The notes under the pieces are model-generated. The model was not told where the DNA came from and made no database searches. It saw nothing but the letters and a program-made list of their open reading frames with translations. A stretch of DNA of 64,000 nucleotides from Alphaproteobacteria bacterium. Its GTDB lineage: Bacteria > Pseudomonadota > Alphaproteobacteria > GCA-2731375. Of this stretch, positions 1-10,830 are shown one piece after another (within the stretch, counting starts at the first letter, position 1; every line of letters starts with the position of its first letter). The stretch is taken from positions 17,788 to 81,787 of the forward strand of contig CBDDBZ010000023.1 in NCBI GenBank assembly GCA_965225945.1. The letters run 5' to 3'. Position numbers and translations under genes: made by a program.

Positions 1-1439
1 GCTACGCACGCGAGATGGGCGAGGAAATGGCGGCGCTCGGCATCGTCGCGCCGATCATGGTGATGCAGTCGAACGGCGGCATGATGCCGCTCGCCGCGGC
101 CCGGGCGCTGCCGATGCACATCATCGAATCCGGTCCCGCCGCCGGCGTCACCGGGGCTTATCACCTGGCCCGTCGGCTCGGACTCCCCAACGTCATGACG
201 CTCGACATGGGTGGCACCACGGCCAAGGCGGCGCTGATCGAGGAGGGGGAGATCTGTCGTTCGCCGGAATACGAGGTGGGCGGCGAGGTCTCGATCGGCC
301 ACCGCCTGATGAAGGGCAGCGGTTATCTCCTGCGCGTGCCGTCGATCGATCTGGCGGAAGTCGGCGCCGGGGGCGGCTCGATCGCCCGGATCGATTTCGG
401 TGGCGCGCTCAAGGTCGGACCGGAAAGCGCCGGCGCGGTCCCGGGTCCGGCCTGCTACGACGCCGGCGGCATGGCGCCGACGATCACCGACGCCAACGTG
501 GTCCTGGGCCTGACCAATCCCGAAGCCCTGGCGGGCGGCAGTCTGCGCATCCGACCGGGGCTGGCCGAGGCGGCGATCGCCGATCATCTGGCCGGCCCGC
601 TCGGGCTCGAGCTGGAAGCGGCGGCCTGGGCGGTGCGCAACGTTGCCAATTCCGGGCTGATCCGCGCGCTTCGCGCGGTCTCGACCGAGCGCGGGCACGA
701 TCCCCGCGACTTCACGCTCTTCGCCTTCGGCGGCATGGGACCGGTGCACGCGCTCGACGTCGCCGACGAGCTGGCGATCGAGAGGGTGATCATTCCGCTG
801 GTACCCGGACTATTCAGCGCCCTCGGCCTGCTGTTCGCCGACGTCGAGCATCACCTGATCCGGACCCACTACGCCGACACCATCGATATCGACCTCGCCG
901 CCGCCAACGCGGTCATCGACAAGCTCGCGCGGGAGGCGGAGGCGGCACTCGCCTCGGAAGGCTATTGCGCGGACCAGCGAGAGCTCCTGGTCAGTCTCGA
1001 TGCCCGCTACAAGGGCCAGGATTCGGCCATCCCGATCGATCTTCCCTCGCCCACCCTCGACGCCGCAGCCATCGACGCCTTGATCCGGAACTTCCACGGG
1101 GCGCACGAGCAGACTTATGGCTATCGCTCGGACGAGGAGGTGCAGATCGTCGCCGTCCGCTGCATCGGCCGGGGCCTGGCGGGGCGCCCGCGGGTGCCGG
1201 AGCGGCTGATTCCCGAGGCGGTCGGCGAGGTTCGGGCGGCCGGCCCTCGACGCTGCTACCTCGGACCCGGCCACGGCTGGGTGGAGGCGGAGGTGCGGGA
1301 CCGCGCCGAGCTCGGCGACGAGACGCTGACGGGTCCCGCGCTGATCGAGGAGGACAACTCGCTCACCGTCGTCACCCCCGGCTGGCGGGCCCGCCTCGAT
1401 CCCTGGTCGAATATCCTTCTGGAGCGGGTCGCCAGCTAA
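1..1439 (+). CDS. Hydantoinase A / 5-oxoprolinase family protein (5' end lies outside the window)
   Basis: Motifs MQSNGG, IESGPAAG, DMGGTT, GAGGGSIA, GPESAGAVPGPACY, FGGMGP; ORF is open from the window edge. Confidence 0.9.
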   Translation, partial: YAREMGEEMAALGIVAPIMVMQSNGGMMPLAAARALPMHIIESGPAAGVTGAYHLARRLGLPNVMTLDMGGTTAKAALIEEGEICRSPEYEVGGEVSIGHRLMKGSGYLLRVPSIDLAEVGAGGGSIARIDFGGALKVGPESAGAVPGPACYDAGGMAPTITDANVVLGLTNPEALAGGSLRIRPGLAEAAIADHLAGPLGLELEAAAWAVRNVANSGLIRALRAVSTERGHDPRDFTLFAFGGMGPVHALDVADELAIERVIIPLVPGLFSALGLLFADVEHHLIRTHYADTIDIDLAAANAVIDKLAREAEAALASEGYCADQRELLVSLDARYKGQDSAIPIDLPSPTLDAAAIDALIRNFHGAHEQTYGYRSDEEVQIVAVRCIGRGLAGRPRVPERLIPEAVGEVRAAGPRRCYLGPGHGWVEAEVRDRAELGDETLTGPALIEEDNSLTVVTPGWRARLDPWSNILLERVAS

Positions 1440-1602
1440 CACCAACCGCCATGAACGGCAACTCCCCGCGTCGTCCCGCTCGCCCTTCCAACAACCCGGA
1501 AATGGTACCCTCGTGGGTGGTTAGAGCATGATCCGATCACCAACCCTTGTCGATGCCGGATGGCCGCGCTACGACTCCGGGATCGAGGGAGCGCGTGGCC
1601 CA

Positions 1603-2172
1603 ATGATGATACGCGGAGCGATGATCGCCCTCGTCGCCCTGACTTTGACCGCCGGCGCGGCGCGGGCACAGGACAGCGACGGCGACAGGGTCCGCCGGGA
1701 CGTGACGATTCTGGAGGCGATCGAGCAGGGCGACGTCAAGACGCTCCGCACGCGGATCCTCAATCACGCCAACGTCAACAGCCGCGACAAGCAACGGCGC
1801 TCCGGGCTGATCCTCGCCACCATTCGCGAGGACGCGGAGATCGTCGAAATCCTGCTGGCGGAAGGGGCGGCGGTCGACCTGATCGACAAGCTCGGCAACA
1901 CCGCGCTCCACCACGCCTCGAAACGCGGGCTAGAGGAGATCGCGACAGCCCTGCTGGCGGCGGGCGCGAACGGCGACGTCGAGAACCGGGACGGCGAGAC
2001 ACCGTTGATGCGGGCCGTCGACCAAGGCCACATGGGTATCGTCCGCCAACTGATCGGCGCTGGCGTCGATCTCGCCCTCACCGACTATACCGGCCGCACG
2101 GCGCTGGATTACGCCGTCGAGAGACGCCGCAACGCCATCGCCGCCGCGCTCCGCCGGGCCGGCGCTCGCTGA
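1603..2172 (+). CDS. Secreted ankyrin-repeat protein
   Basis: Hydrophobic N-terminus ending ARA-QD; ankyrin repeats GNTALHHA, GETPLMRA, GRTALDYA; start chosen at ATG 1603. Confidence 0.85.
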   Translation: MMIRGAMIALVALTLTAGAARAQDSDGDRVRRDVTILEAIEQGDVKTLRTRILNHANVNSRDKQRRSGLILATIREDAEIVEILLAEGAAVDLIDKLGNTALHHASKRGLEEIATALLAAGANGDVENRDGETPLMRAVDQGHMGIVRQLIGAGVDLALTDYTGRTALDYAVERRRNAIAAALRRAGAR

Positions 2173-2184
2173 AGCATTGTCCGC

Positions 2185-3831
2185 TCAGGACGCGTGGAAG
2201 GCCCATTTGACGCCGGCGACCGCGCCGTCGAGGGTGCCGCTGACGACGATCTGCCGGCTTCGTCGGATCGCCTCGGGTCGGCCGAGATAGACGCTTTCCT
2301 CCAAGCTCACCTCGCCTTCGGAAGCGAGGAAGCGCCAACCGCCGCCGCCGGCGAGTTTGAGCAGCACATGTCCCCCGCCCTGCACCGGGGCCGCCTGCAC
2401 GTCGGGGTGGAGATGAAAGCGAATCTGGAAGGGCAGCGCCTCGCCCGCCGATTCGCGCACGAAGCGATCCTCGCCCCGGAGGTCGCGGCCGGCGCGGTCG
2501 AGATACAAGCGGCGCTGATGGCTCAGCCGAAAGCGCCCGCGATAGCCATCGTGGCGAACCTCGAGCCACTGGTTGCCGGCCTCGTCGTCGTTGCGCGAGA
2601 CCTCGTTGGCGGGGGCCCGGACGGGCCGGTCCGGCGCCGACGAGGGGGCGATATTGTTGGTCTCGCCCACCACCGCCGTCGAATGCGCCGCCGTCACCCG
2701 CATCGCCGCGCGCCACTCCGGTCCGCGCCAGCCGGCGCCGCCGCAATTGACCACCAGGCGTTGGTCGCCGACCGAGAACTCGAAGGCGAGCGCGCCGGCA
2801 TGGCTGTTCGCGCTCAGCACCGTCCCCTCGGGCGGCCCGGTGTCGACGATCAGCGTCGTGCGCCGCGCGACCAAGCGTTGAAAGCCGACATGCGAGGCAT
2901 CGGTGATCGGCTCGGCGCCGGTGCCGGTACGCGCCAAGGTCACGTCGGTCGCCTGGGCCTCGTCTTCCTCGCCGCCGTTGAAGAGCGCTAGGCCACCATC
3001 ACCATGGCGGAAGGCGCGGAGCATCGGCGCCATCCGCTCGATCGCCTGTCGCAACAGCGCCGGCGTCTCGATTTGGGCGGCCCCGAGCGCCTCCTCGACG
3101 CGCACGAATTCGCGCAGCACCGCGTGGGTCTCGCTCGGCGAGCGGCTCTCATGTCCGCCGTCCGGGCGGACGGCACGGCTGATCTCCGTCTCCAGAAGAG
3201 CAATGCCGGCGCGAAGACCGCGCCCGGCGTTCGGCAGGGCGACGCCGCCGGCGATCAAAGCGGAGGCGACGGCCAGAATCTCGCGGCCGGGTCGCGCCAG
3301 GGTCTCGACCCGGCGGAGATGGCGATACTGGGTGGCGAGGCTGGCGAGAAACAGGCGGCGAAAGCCGTCGTCGGCGCTCTCGAGCAAGAAGTCCGCGTGG
3401 CCGACCCAGGCCGAGATTCGCCGTGCCAACACCTCCGGCGACCAGACCAAGGACTCCCATTCGCCGCAGAACTCGATCCACGAGCGGACCAGCTTGCGCG
3501 CATGGACCTGCGCCGCCTGGCCACCGACCGCCGCGAAATGGCGCAGCCAGTCGAAGGCGTGGAGTTCCCGGGTCCAGGCCGCGTCGTCGGGACGCAGCCG
3601 CCAGGGCGGTTGGTTGGGCGCGGCGGCCTCGGCGCCGGCAAAGCGGAACTGGCCCTGGAACATGGCGTTGCCGAGATCGGGTTCGCCCGGCCAGGGATCG
3701 GGTGGGGCGACGACAAGGGCCTCTGGCGCCCGCGAATCGAGCGACAGGCGATAGAGCGGCGAGCCGTGGCCAATCGCCATCAGCCGTTGCCAGGTGCGCC
3801 GTGTCGCCGTGCCGAGACCGCTCTCGCTCAT
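2185..3831 (-). CDS. Heparinase II/III family protein
   Basis: [51 protein letters not shown]; usual alphaproteobacterial neighbour of rsmB/rpe. Confidence 0.85.
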   Translation of the reverse strand: MSESGLGTATRRTWQRLMAIGHGSPLYRLSLDSRAPEALVVAPPDPWPGEPDLGNAMFQGQFRFAGAEAAAPNQPPWRLRPDDAAWTRELHAFDWLRHFAAVGGQAAQVHARKLVRSWIEFCGEWESLVWSPEVLARRISAWVGHADFLLESADDGFRRLFLASLATQYRHLRRVETLARPGREILAVASALIAGGVALPNAGRGLRAGIALLETEISRAVRPDGGHESRSPSETHAVLREFVRVEEALGAAQIETPALLRQAIERMAPMLRAFRHGDGGLALFNGGEEDEAQATDVTLARTGTGAEPITDASHVGFQRLVARRTTLIVDTGPPEGTVLSANSHAGALAFEFSVGDQRLVVNCGGAGWRGPEWRAAMRVTAAHSTAVVGETNNIAPSSAPDRPVRAPANEVSRNDDEAGNQWLEVRHDGYRGRFRLSHQRRLYLDRAGRDLRGEDRFVRESAGEALPFQIRFHLHPDVQAAPVQGGGHVLLKLAGGGGWRFLASEGEVSLEESVYLGRPEAIRRSRQIVVSGTLDGAVAGVKWAFHAS

Positions 3832-4493
3832 CGCGTCCCGCGCAAGCCGGCGATATTGCGGGCGTAGTTCGCCGGCCCGCCGGCGAAGGCGGCCGTGCCG
3901 GCGACCAGGATGTCGGCACCCGCCGCCACCACCTCGGCCGCGGTTTCGCGATTGACGCCGCCGTCGACTTCTAGTTCCACCGGCCGATCGCCTGCCTCGA
4001 TCCGGCGCCGCAGCGCGCGGATCTTGTCGAGCTGGCTGGGGATGAACGACTGGCCGCCGAAGCCCGGGTTGACCGTCATCACCAGCACCAGGTCGACTTC
4101 GTCGACGATCTGGTCCAGGAGGCTCGCCGGGCTTCCCGGATTGAGGGCGACGCCGGCGCGCTTGCCGAGGTCATGGATCCGCTGCAGCGTGCGGTGGAGA
4201 TGCGGTCCCGCCTCGGCATGCACGGTCAGGATGTCGGCGCCGGCCTCGGCGAAGGCGTCGAGATGGGGCTCGACCGGCGAGATCATCAGATGGACGTCGA
4301 ACGGCAGCGAGGAATGCGCCCTGAGCGCCGCCACAACGCCCGGCCCGATGGTGATGTTGGGCACGAAATGGCCGTCCATCACGTCGATGTGGAGGTAGTC
4401 GGCGCCGGCCGCCTCCATCGCGCGAACCGCCTCTCCGAGCGCGGCGAAGTCCGCCGACAGGATGGAGGGCGCGATACGGGGGGAAGACGGCAT
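3828..4493 (-). CDS. rpe: Ribulose-phosphate 3-epimerase
   Basis: [45 protein letters not shown]. Confidence 0.97.
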   Translation of the reverse strand: MPSSPRIAPSILSADFAALGEAVRAMEAAGADYLHIDVMDGHFVPNITIGPGVVAALRAHSSLPFDVHLMISPVEPHLDAFAEAGADILTVHAEAGPHLHRTLQRIHDLGKRAGVALNPGSPASLLDQIVDEVDLVLVMTVNPGFGGQSFIPSQLDKIRALRRRIEAGDRPVELEVDGGVNRETAAEVVAAGADILVAGTAAFAGGPANYARNIAGLRGTR

Positions 4494-4535
4494 GGCGCCG
4501 TTGGTAACAGCTTGCCCGGAGTCTCGCAAGCGCGC

Positions 4536-5978
4536 TCAGTGGCCCGCGCCTCGGGTCAGGCGGAAGATCTGAAAGCCGTCCAAGCCGCCCGTTTCCGGCC
4601 AGATCGCCGGGTGGGTGACGAGGTCGCCCTCGGCCGTCGGGCTCGCCGCGAGACCCCCCAACTCGGCCTCGCTGATCGGCAGGCGGGCGAGGCCGGACGT
4701 GGTTTCGAGCACGGCCTCGACCACCGATGCGCCCTCCGCCGCCTCCAGCGAACAGACGCAATAGATCAGCCGCCCGCCGTCCGCCAGCAGGTCGACCGCC
4801 CGGGCGAGGAGGGCCCGTTGCAGCTCGGCCATGCGGGCAACGTCGGTCACCGACTTCAGGCGCCAGATGTCGGGATGACGGCGAATTGTCCCCGTGGCGC
4901 TACAGGGGGGATCGAGCAGCACCAACTCGGCGCGGTCGGCCGGGCGCCATTCCCGGAGGTCGGCCACCACCGTCTCGGCTTTGAGGCCGGTGCGATCGAG
5001 ATTTTCTCTCAGGCGCCGCATTCGGCCCGGCGACCGATCGAGGGCGACGACCTCGGCTCCGGCGGCGGCGAGTTGAAGGGTCTTGCCGCCGGGCGCGGCA
5101 CAGAGGTCGAGCACCCGTCGACCCCGGACATCGCCGAGGAGCCGAGCCGGCAGGCTCGCCGCCGCGTCCTGCACCCACCAGGCGCCCTCGTCGTAGCCGG
5201 GAATCTTTTCAATCGCGCCCGCATCGACGAGGCGGATGCTCCCGTTCGCCAGCAGGCGGCCGCCGAGCCGTTTCGCCCAGCCCTCGGGGTCGCGCGCCGC
5301 GGTCAGATCGAGTGGCGGTTCGGCCATGATCGCCTGGACGATGGCCTGTGTGGTCGCCTCGCCGAAGCGGTCGCGCCAACTCGACCAGAGCCAGTCCGGG
5401 CAGTTGCGCCACATGGGCAGGCTCTCGAGCGCCTCGGGGCCCGCTTCGGCCAGGCGCCGCAACACCGCGTTCACCAGGCCCCGAAAGCTCGGCACCCGCG
5501 CCGCTTGGCGAACAGCGAGATCGACGGCGGCATGCGGTGGGGTCTTCAGGAACAGCAGTTGCGCCGCGCCGAGGCGCAGGACATGGCGGATCGCCCGGGC
5601 GCGGGTCGGCAAGGGTTTGGCAAGGAGATCGTCGATCAGGGCATCGATTTGGCCCAGCCGGCGCAGCACGGTGGCGACCAGCAGTCGGGCGAAGCCGCGG
5701 TCGCGCGCCGCCATGCCGACCATCGCCGATTCGCTCGCCAGCGCCTCGTCCAGAGGCTGGTCGCGGTCCAGCACCGCCTGCAGAAGCGCCAACGCCGCCT
5801 CGCGCGCGGCGAAGCCGGCGGGCGATGATTGCCTCGGTCGGTTCACCCCCAGGGCCTGCTCAGCCGCGCCCGGGCCGACCAAGCTTCGGCCGGGCCCACC
5901 ATCGACAGTCCGGTAGGAAACAGCTTCATTCGGTTGGGTCTCCTTCTCCTCGGGCATGGCGCGTGGTCTTCCCTTCAC
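4536..5978 (-). CDS. rsmB: 16S rRNA m5C methyltransferase RsmB/Sun with N-terminal NusB-like domain (start uncertain)
   Basis: WWVQDAAASLPA, DLCAAPGGKT, LLDPPCSATGTIRRHPD, YCVCSL. Confidence 0.92.
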   Translation of the reverse strand: MKGRPRAMPEEKETQPNEAVSYRTVDGGPGRSLVGPGAAEQALGVNRPRQSSPAGFAAREAALALLQAVLDRDQPLDEALASESAMVGMAARDRGFARLLVATVLRRLGQIDALIDDLLAKPLPTRARAIRHVLRLGAAQLLFLKTPPHAAVDLAVRQAARVPSFRGLVNAVLRRLAEAGPEALESLPMWRNCPDWLWSSWRDRFGEATTQAIVQAIMAEPPLDLTAARDPEGWAKRLGGRLLANGSIRLVDAGAIEKIPGYDEGAWWVQDAAASLPARLLGDVRGRRVLDLCAAPGGKTLQLAAAGAEVVALDRSPGRMRRLRENLDRTGLKAETVVADLREWRPADRAELVLLDPPCSATGTIRRHPDIWRLKSVTDVARMAELQRALLARAVDLLADGGRLIYCVCSLEAAEGASVVEAVLETTSGLARLPISEAELGGLAASPTAEGDLVTHPAIWPETGGLDGFQIFRLTRGAGH

Positions 5979-6053
5979 CGGCCCGAATGATATGTAAGGG
6001 GGGTGGGAAGCGGGTCAAGCGAGCCCGAGGCGGAATAGCAAGGTGGATTCCCG

Positions 6054-6224
6054 ATGTCGAAGGATGCGGACAAGACCGCGACCACCGAGACCGAGACGGA
6101 GGCCGGCGAGGCCCGGAAGACCAGCCTTCGGGACAAACCGTCCAAGGAAGTCGGCGGGCGCGAGGGGCTCGAGCCCACGCGCTACGGTGACTGGGAGGTC
6201 AAAGGGATCTGCGTCGACTTCTGA
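6054..6224 (+). CDS. DUF1674 / SDHAF4-like small protein (56 aa, missing from ORF track)
   Basis: Hand translation MSKDADKT...KEVGGREGLEPTRYGDWEVKGICVDF*, matching the family C-terminal signature GG..EPTRYGDWE.KG...DF; divergent from rsmB as is usual in alphaproteobacteria. Confidence 0.9.
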   Translation: MSKDADKTATTETETEAGEARKTSLRDKPSKEVGGREGLEPTRYGDWEVKGICVDF

Positions 6225-6235
6225 GTCGAGCGCGT

Positions 6236-8739
6236 TCAGGGCGAATGCGGCCAGCGCTGCACGTCCAGGACCTCGAAGGGGGCCGGCTCGTGTCCGTCGA
6301 GCCAGACTTGGTGCATGACCGCATAGGCCCGCTCCAGATTGGCGACCCAACGTTCCGTCTGAAACAGGGGATGCGTCCCCCGGTTGCGCCACAGGCGTTC
6401 GCGAAGTGCTGCGAGCCGCGCCGGATCACCGGCGAGCGCCACCGCCGTCTCGACGTAGTCCGCCAGCGTGTCCTCCACCAGATCCTCGAGCCCCAAGGCC
6501 GTGAGCAACGACAGGTTGACCAGCGGCAGCGCGCGATCAGGCCGGGCGGTGATGATCGGCAGGCCGGCGATCAGGCAGTCGATCGTGGTGACGCCGCCGC
6601 AGTGATAGAAGGTATCGAGCGCCAAATCGCAGAGCTGCAGGCGGCGGAGGTGCAAGGTGCGCGAAAGCAGTCGGGCGAAATGCAGGCGCTCCGGGCCGAT
6701 GCCCTGGCGCTCCGCGTGCGCCAGCAGGCGCTCCCGCGTGCCGCCGACCCAACTGCCCAACACCAGCCGGCTGCCGTCGACCCGTCGAAGGATCTCCATC
6801 CAGGCCTCGAAGATGCGGGGATCGTACTTGCAGGGATGATTGAAGTTGGCGAAGAGTAGGCCTTCCTCGGGCAGGTCGAGCTCAGCGCGGCCGAGGGCCG
6901 GATCGCCGATTTCCAGAAGTTCCGCCGGCATCGCCGTATGTGGCAGGAAGCAGGGCCTCTCGACATAGAGTTCGTGAAACTCCTCCGGGAGGTAGCGGGC
7001 GTCGTTCAGGGAATAGTCGTAGAACTCGGCAGCGCCGATGATGTTGTGTCCGGCGCCGCCGTGGACGACGATCGGGGCCGGCCGCATCGCCGCCAAGTCC
7101 ATGCAGTGGATGGCGAAATGGCCGGTGATATCGATCAGGATGTCGACGCCGTCCTCCCGGATCGCCCGGCGGAGCCAAGCGGATCGTCGCTCGGCGTCAC
7201 CTTGAAGCCGTCGAAGAGGTCGCGGAAGGCACGGTCCGAGGGCGCGTCGGTCCACTTCTTTACGCTGTAGCCGAAGACCTCGTGGAGGTGGCGGTCGTGG
7301 CGCGAGACGACCGTGCGCAGATTGGCGACGTGGCTCGATTCCCAGGTGTAGGGGCAAAGGTAGCCGAGGCGGAGCTTGCCGCCGGCCCGCCGCTCGAAAC
7401 GGAACCCCGCTTGCCCCCGGGCGGCGGCGACGCGGTCCGCGACCTGGCGCGACTTCAGGCGCGCGGCGCCGGCCACGTCGCGGTAGTCGGCGCCGATCGC
7501 GAACAGGTTCCAGACGTCGATGTCGAGCGTTCCGCCGACGGCGACGGCGCGCCGGGTCTCGGCGATGGTGTCCTCGATCAGCTCCTGGCTCTCGGCCCAA
7601 TCGCAAAGCGAAAGCCGCGTTTCCAGCAGCACCGAGCGAACTTCGGCGAGTCCGGAATCGAGCGCCAGCGACGCCTCCAGCGCCGCCACCGCAAGCTCGC
7701 CTTGGCTGAGCTCGCGGGCCACGAGACCCAGGCGGGCGAGCGCCAGGGCGTTTTCGCCGATCAGGCTGTGCGAGCGCGTCAGTATCAAGCGGAGCACCGC
7801 CGACGGCACCACGTTCATGAAGGATCGGACCACCATCAGATGCTCGTCGGGATCATCCGACATCTCTTGGATCGCCTCGATCCAGGCATCCTCGGTAACC
7901 TCCGGGTGGCCTAGACGCAGGGCGGCGGCGCCGGCGCCGATCTTGGCCTCCCAGGTCTCCGGCCAGAGTTCCAGCACGCGGACGAAGCCGGCCAGCGCCT
8001 CCTGGGGGAACTCGTGTGACAGCAGGGCCAGCGAGACGTGGAACAGCGCGTGGCGATCCTCGCGGATACGATCGACCAGACCGAGGAAGTAACTTCGCAG
8101 CAGTTCCGGCCGATCCATGGCCTCGACGATCGCGATCGTCTGGCGCAGAGCGTCGCCGTGAGCGGCGTCGAGATCGATGATCTCGTCGTAGGCCGCGAGC
8201 GCGCCGTCCAGATCGCCGGCCTGGACCAACGCCCGACCGAGATTGGCCCGGCGTTCCAAATCTTCCGGCCGCAGCGCGACCGCGCGGCGATAGAGCGCGG
8301 CGCCGGTGCCGGGATCGCCCGCGTCGGCGACGATCGCGGCGAGCAAGTCCATCGCCTCGACGCAGTCCGGCCAGCACTCCAGCACGCGATCCAAGAGCCC
8401 GCGCGCGAGGCTTGGGCGCGCCAGGCGATGGGCTAAGCCGGCAACGGTCGACCAGGGGCGCGGCAGGCCGTCGACGGCGGCGACGACCTCCTCCTCCGCC
8501 GCCTCAAACAGGCGCGCGAGATGGAGCATCGCTGCATCCTCGCGTCCGAGCGTTATCGACAGATCGATCGCGAGCGCCCGAGCGCCCAGGTGATCCGGGT
8601 CCCGCGCCGCCAGCGCCAGGGCATGCTGCAACGCCTCCGAAGCCCGATCCGACATGGCCAGTTCGACCGCCCGCGGGAAGGCGGAATCGATGTTGGCGAG
8701 GGAACTCGGGGGCGGCGGGACGGCCAAGGGTTCGAGCAT
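6236..8739 (-). pseudogene. TPR + O-GlcNAc transferase-like (GT41/SPINDLY-type) protein, frameshifted near 7168
   Basis: TPR helices, then KLRLGYL..SHV; IREDGVDILIDITGH, RPAP, FANFNHPCKY, DLALDTFYHCGGVTT in a second frame. Adding one base (TCC GCC CGG GCG ATC) joins ORFs 7135-8778 and 6236-7606. Confidence 0.85.
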
Positions 8740-8802
8740 CTGGCGGCGTTCCTGACGGCAGCGTCGGCGAGCGCGCATCGCGCCATTGAAGCCCGAGCAT
8801 GC

Positions 8803-8817
8803 CTAAGGAGCCGTTAA
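8803..8817. promoter_or_regulatory. CtrA-like box CTAA-N7-TTAA in the divergent OGT/oxidoreductase intergenic region
   Basis: ctaa ggagccg ttaa: one mismatch to TTAA-N7-TTAA; TTAA is rare in this GC-rich DNA. Confidence 0.35.
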
Positions 8818-8868
8818 TGTTTTACCGCGATGATGCCCACCTCCCTCGACGGCGGATGAGGCGACGAC

Positions 8869-9984
8869 ATGGTGGAAGCGACGGCAGATCGGCGCCTCGG
8901 CATCGGGGTGGTCGGCGCCGGCATGGTGGGGCAGACGGCGCATCTCGCCAATCTGGTCGATCTGCCCCGCGCCCGGGTGGTGGCGCTGGCCGAACTGCGC
9001 CCCGAGCTCGGCCGTCTGGCGGCGGCGCGTTTCGACGTGCCCAAGGTCTACCCTGATCACCACGCGCTCTTGGCCGACGGGCAAGTGGAGGCCGTGGTGG
9101 TGGTGACCCGCCGAGCGGCGACAGGGCCGATCACCCGCGACGCGCTGCTCGCGGGCCGCCACGTGCTGGCCGAAAAGCCGATGGCCCACGCGCTCGAGCA
9201 GGCCCGCATCCTGGTCGATCTGGCGCGCACCCGGCGCCTGGTCCTTAGCGTCGGCTACATGAAGCGTCACGACGCCGGCCTCGCCCGGGGCAAGGCGATG
9301 CTGGACGACATCCGAGCCTCGGGCACGCTCGGCCGCCCCCTGCTCTATCGTGTTTGGAGTTTCCATGGCGACTTCGCCTGCGGTCTCGACGGCTTCGTCA
9401 TGACCGAGGAGCCCAGGCCCGACGGTCTGGAGCTCTGGCCTCTGGCGCCGGTCTGGCTGCCCGCCGTGCACACAGGGGAATATGCCGACTTCCTCAACGT
9501 CTTCGTGCACGACATCAACCTTCTCCGCCACCTGGTGGACGGGCCAGTCACGTTGCAGGCGGTCGACTTCCGTCGCGCCAACGGACGCCTCGCCCTGCTG
9601 GACTGCGCCGGCGTGCCCGGCGCCTTGGAGATGGCGGTCGTCGACCTCGCCGAGTGGCGCGAGGGCGTCGAGATCGTCTTCGAGAAGGGTGTGCTGACGA
9701 TAGAATTCGCCGCGCCGATGCTACGCAACGTGCCGGCGCGCGTGAGCTTGCGCCTAGGCGGCGAGGCGGGCGAAACCGTCACCCCCGACATTCCCTGGAG
9801 CTGGGCCTTCAAGCGACAGGCGAGAGCCTTCGTCGACGATGTGCTGGACGGCACCCGGCCGCTCGCCGACGGTGCCGACGCTCTCGAGGATCTGCGGCTC
9901 GCCGAGGCGATGTGGCGCTATCACCTCCGCGACGTCGATGACGATGGCGATGCTTGCGCCCGCCACGCCGTCGGCGGCGACTGA
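8869..9984 (+). CDS. Gfo/Idh/MocA family NAD(P)-dependent oxidoreductase
   Basis: IGVVGAGMVG Rossmann motif, HVLAEKPMA, VGYMKRHD, HDINL. Confidence 0.9.
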   Translation: MVEATADRRLGIGVVGAGMVGQTAHLANLVDLPRARVVALAELRPELGRLAAARFDVPKVYPDHHALLADGQVEAVVVVTRRAATGPITRDALLAGRHVLAEKPMAHALEQARILVDLARTRRLVLSVGYMKRHDAGLARGKAMLDDIRASGTLGRPLLYRVWSFHGDFACGLDGFVMTEEPRPDGLELWPLAPVWLPAVHTGEYADFLNVFVHDINLLRHLVDGPVTLQAVDFRRANGRLALLDCAGVPGALEMAVVDLAEWREGVEIVFEKGVLTIEFAAPMLRNVPARVSLRLGGEAGETVTPDIPWSWAFKRQARAFVDDVLDGTRPLADGADALEDLRLAEAMWRYHLRDVDDDGDACARHAVGGD

Positions 9985-10830
9985 GGAAGGAAGACTCATG
10001 AACGGAACGGCAACACGGCGGCGCTGGCCCAACGATCGTTCGGCGGCGGGCGCGCCGCCGTGAGTCCCGTGCATCACCGTGTCGACTGCCGCGCCTGCGG
10101 CGGCCGCGCGCTCCAGGTGGTAGTGCCGCTCGCGCCGATCCCGATCACCACGCCCAACGTCGGCTTCGGCCAGGGTGCGCGGCACTACGGCAACATCGCC
10201 GGCATCGAAGCCCCCCTCGATCTCCATCGCTGTGGCGACTGCGGGCATCTCCAGCTTCTCGACGTCGTCGATCCGGATCTGCAGTACGGCGAGTTCCTTT
10301 ATACGACGTCGATCTCGCTAGGCCTGCCGGCGCATTTCGAGCGAATGGGCGCGGACCTCATCGACGCTCTCGAGCTTCGCCCGGGATCGACCGTGATCGA
10401 GATTGGCAGCAACGACGGGACGCTGCTACGCCTCTTCCAGGTGGCGGGCATGCGGGTGCTCGGCATCGATCCGGCGCGTGAGATCGCCGAGCGGGCGAGC
10501 GCGATGGGGATCGAGACCCTGGCAACCTTCTTCACCGCGGAGGCGGCGGTCGAGATCGTCCGCGATCATGGACCGGCCGACCTGGTGATCGCCAACAACA
10601 CGCTCGCCAATATCGACGACCTGGGCGACTGCCTGGTGGGCGTCAGGACGCTGTTGAAGGACGACGGCGTCTTCGTCTTCGAGACCTCCTACGGCGCCGA
10701 CGTGATCGACGGATTGCTGCTCGACACGATCTATCACGAACATCTTTCCTATTTCATGGCGGAAACCTTGCCGGGATTGATGGCACGACACGACATGGCG
10801 CTGTTCGATCTGGTGCGTGTCGAGACCAAG

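Noticed and set aside
1521-1537. TAGAGCATGATCC resembling one arm of a rhizobial palindromic repeat element
   Set aside because: No matching second arm and no other copy noticed in the window
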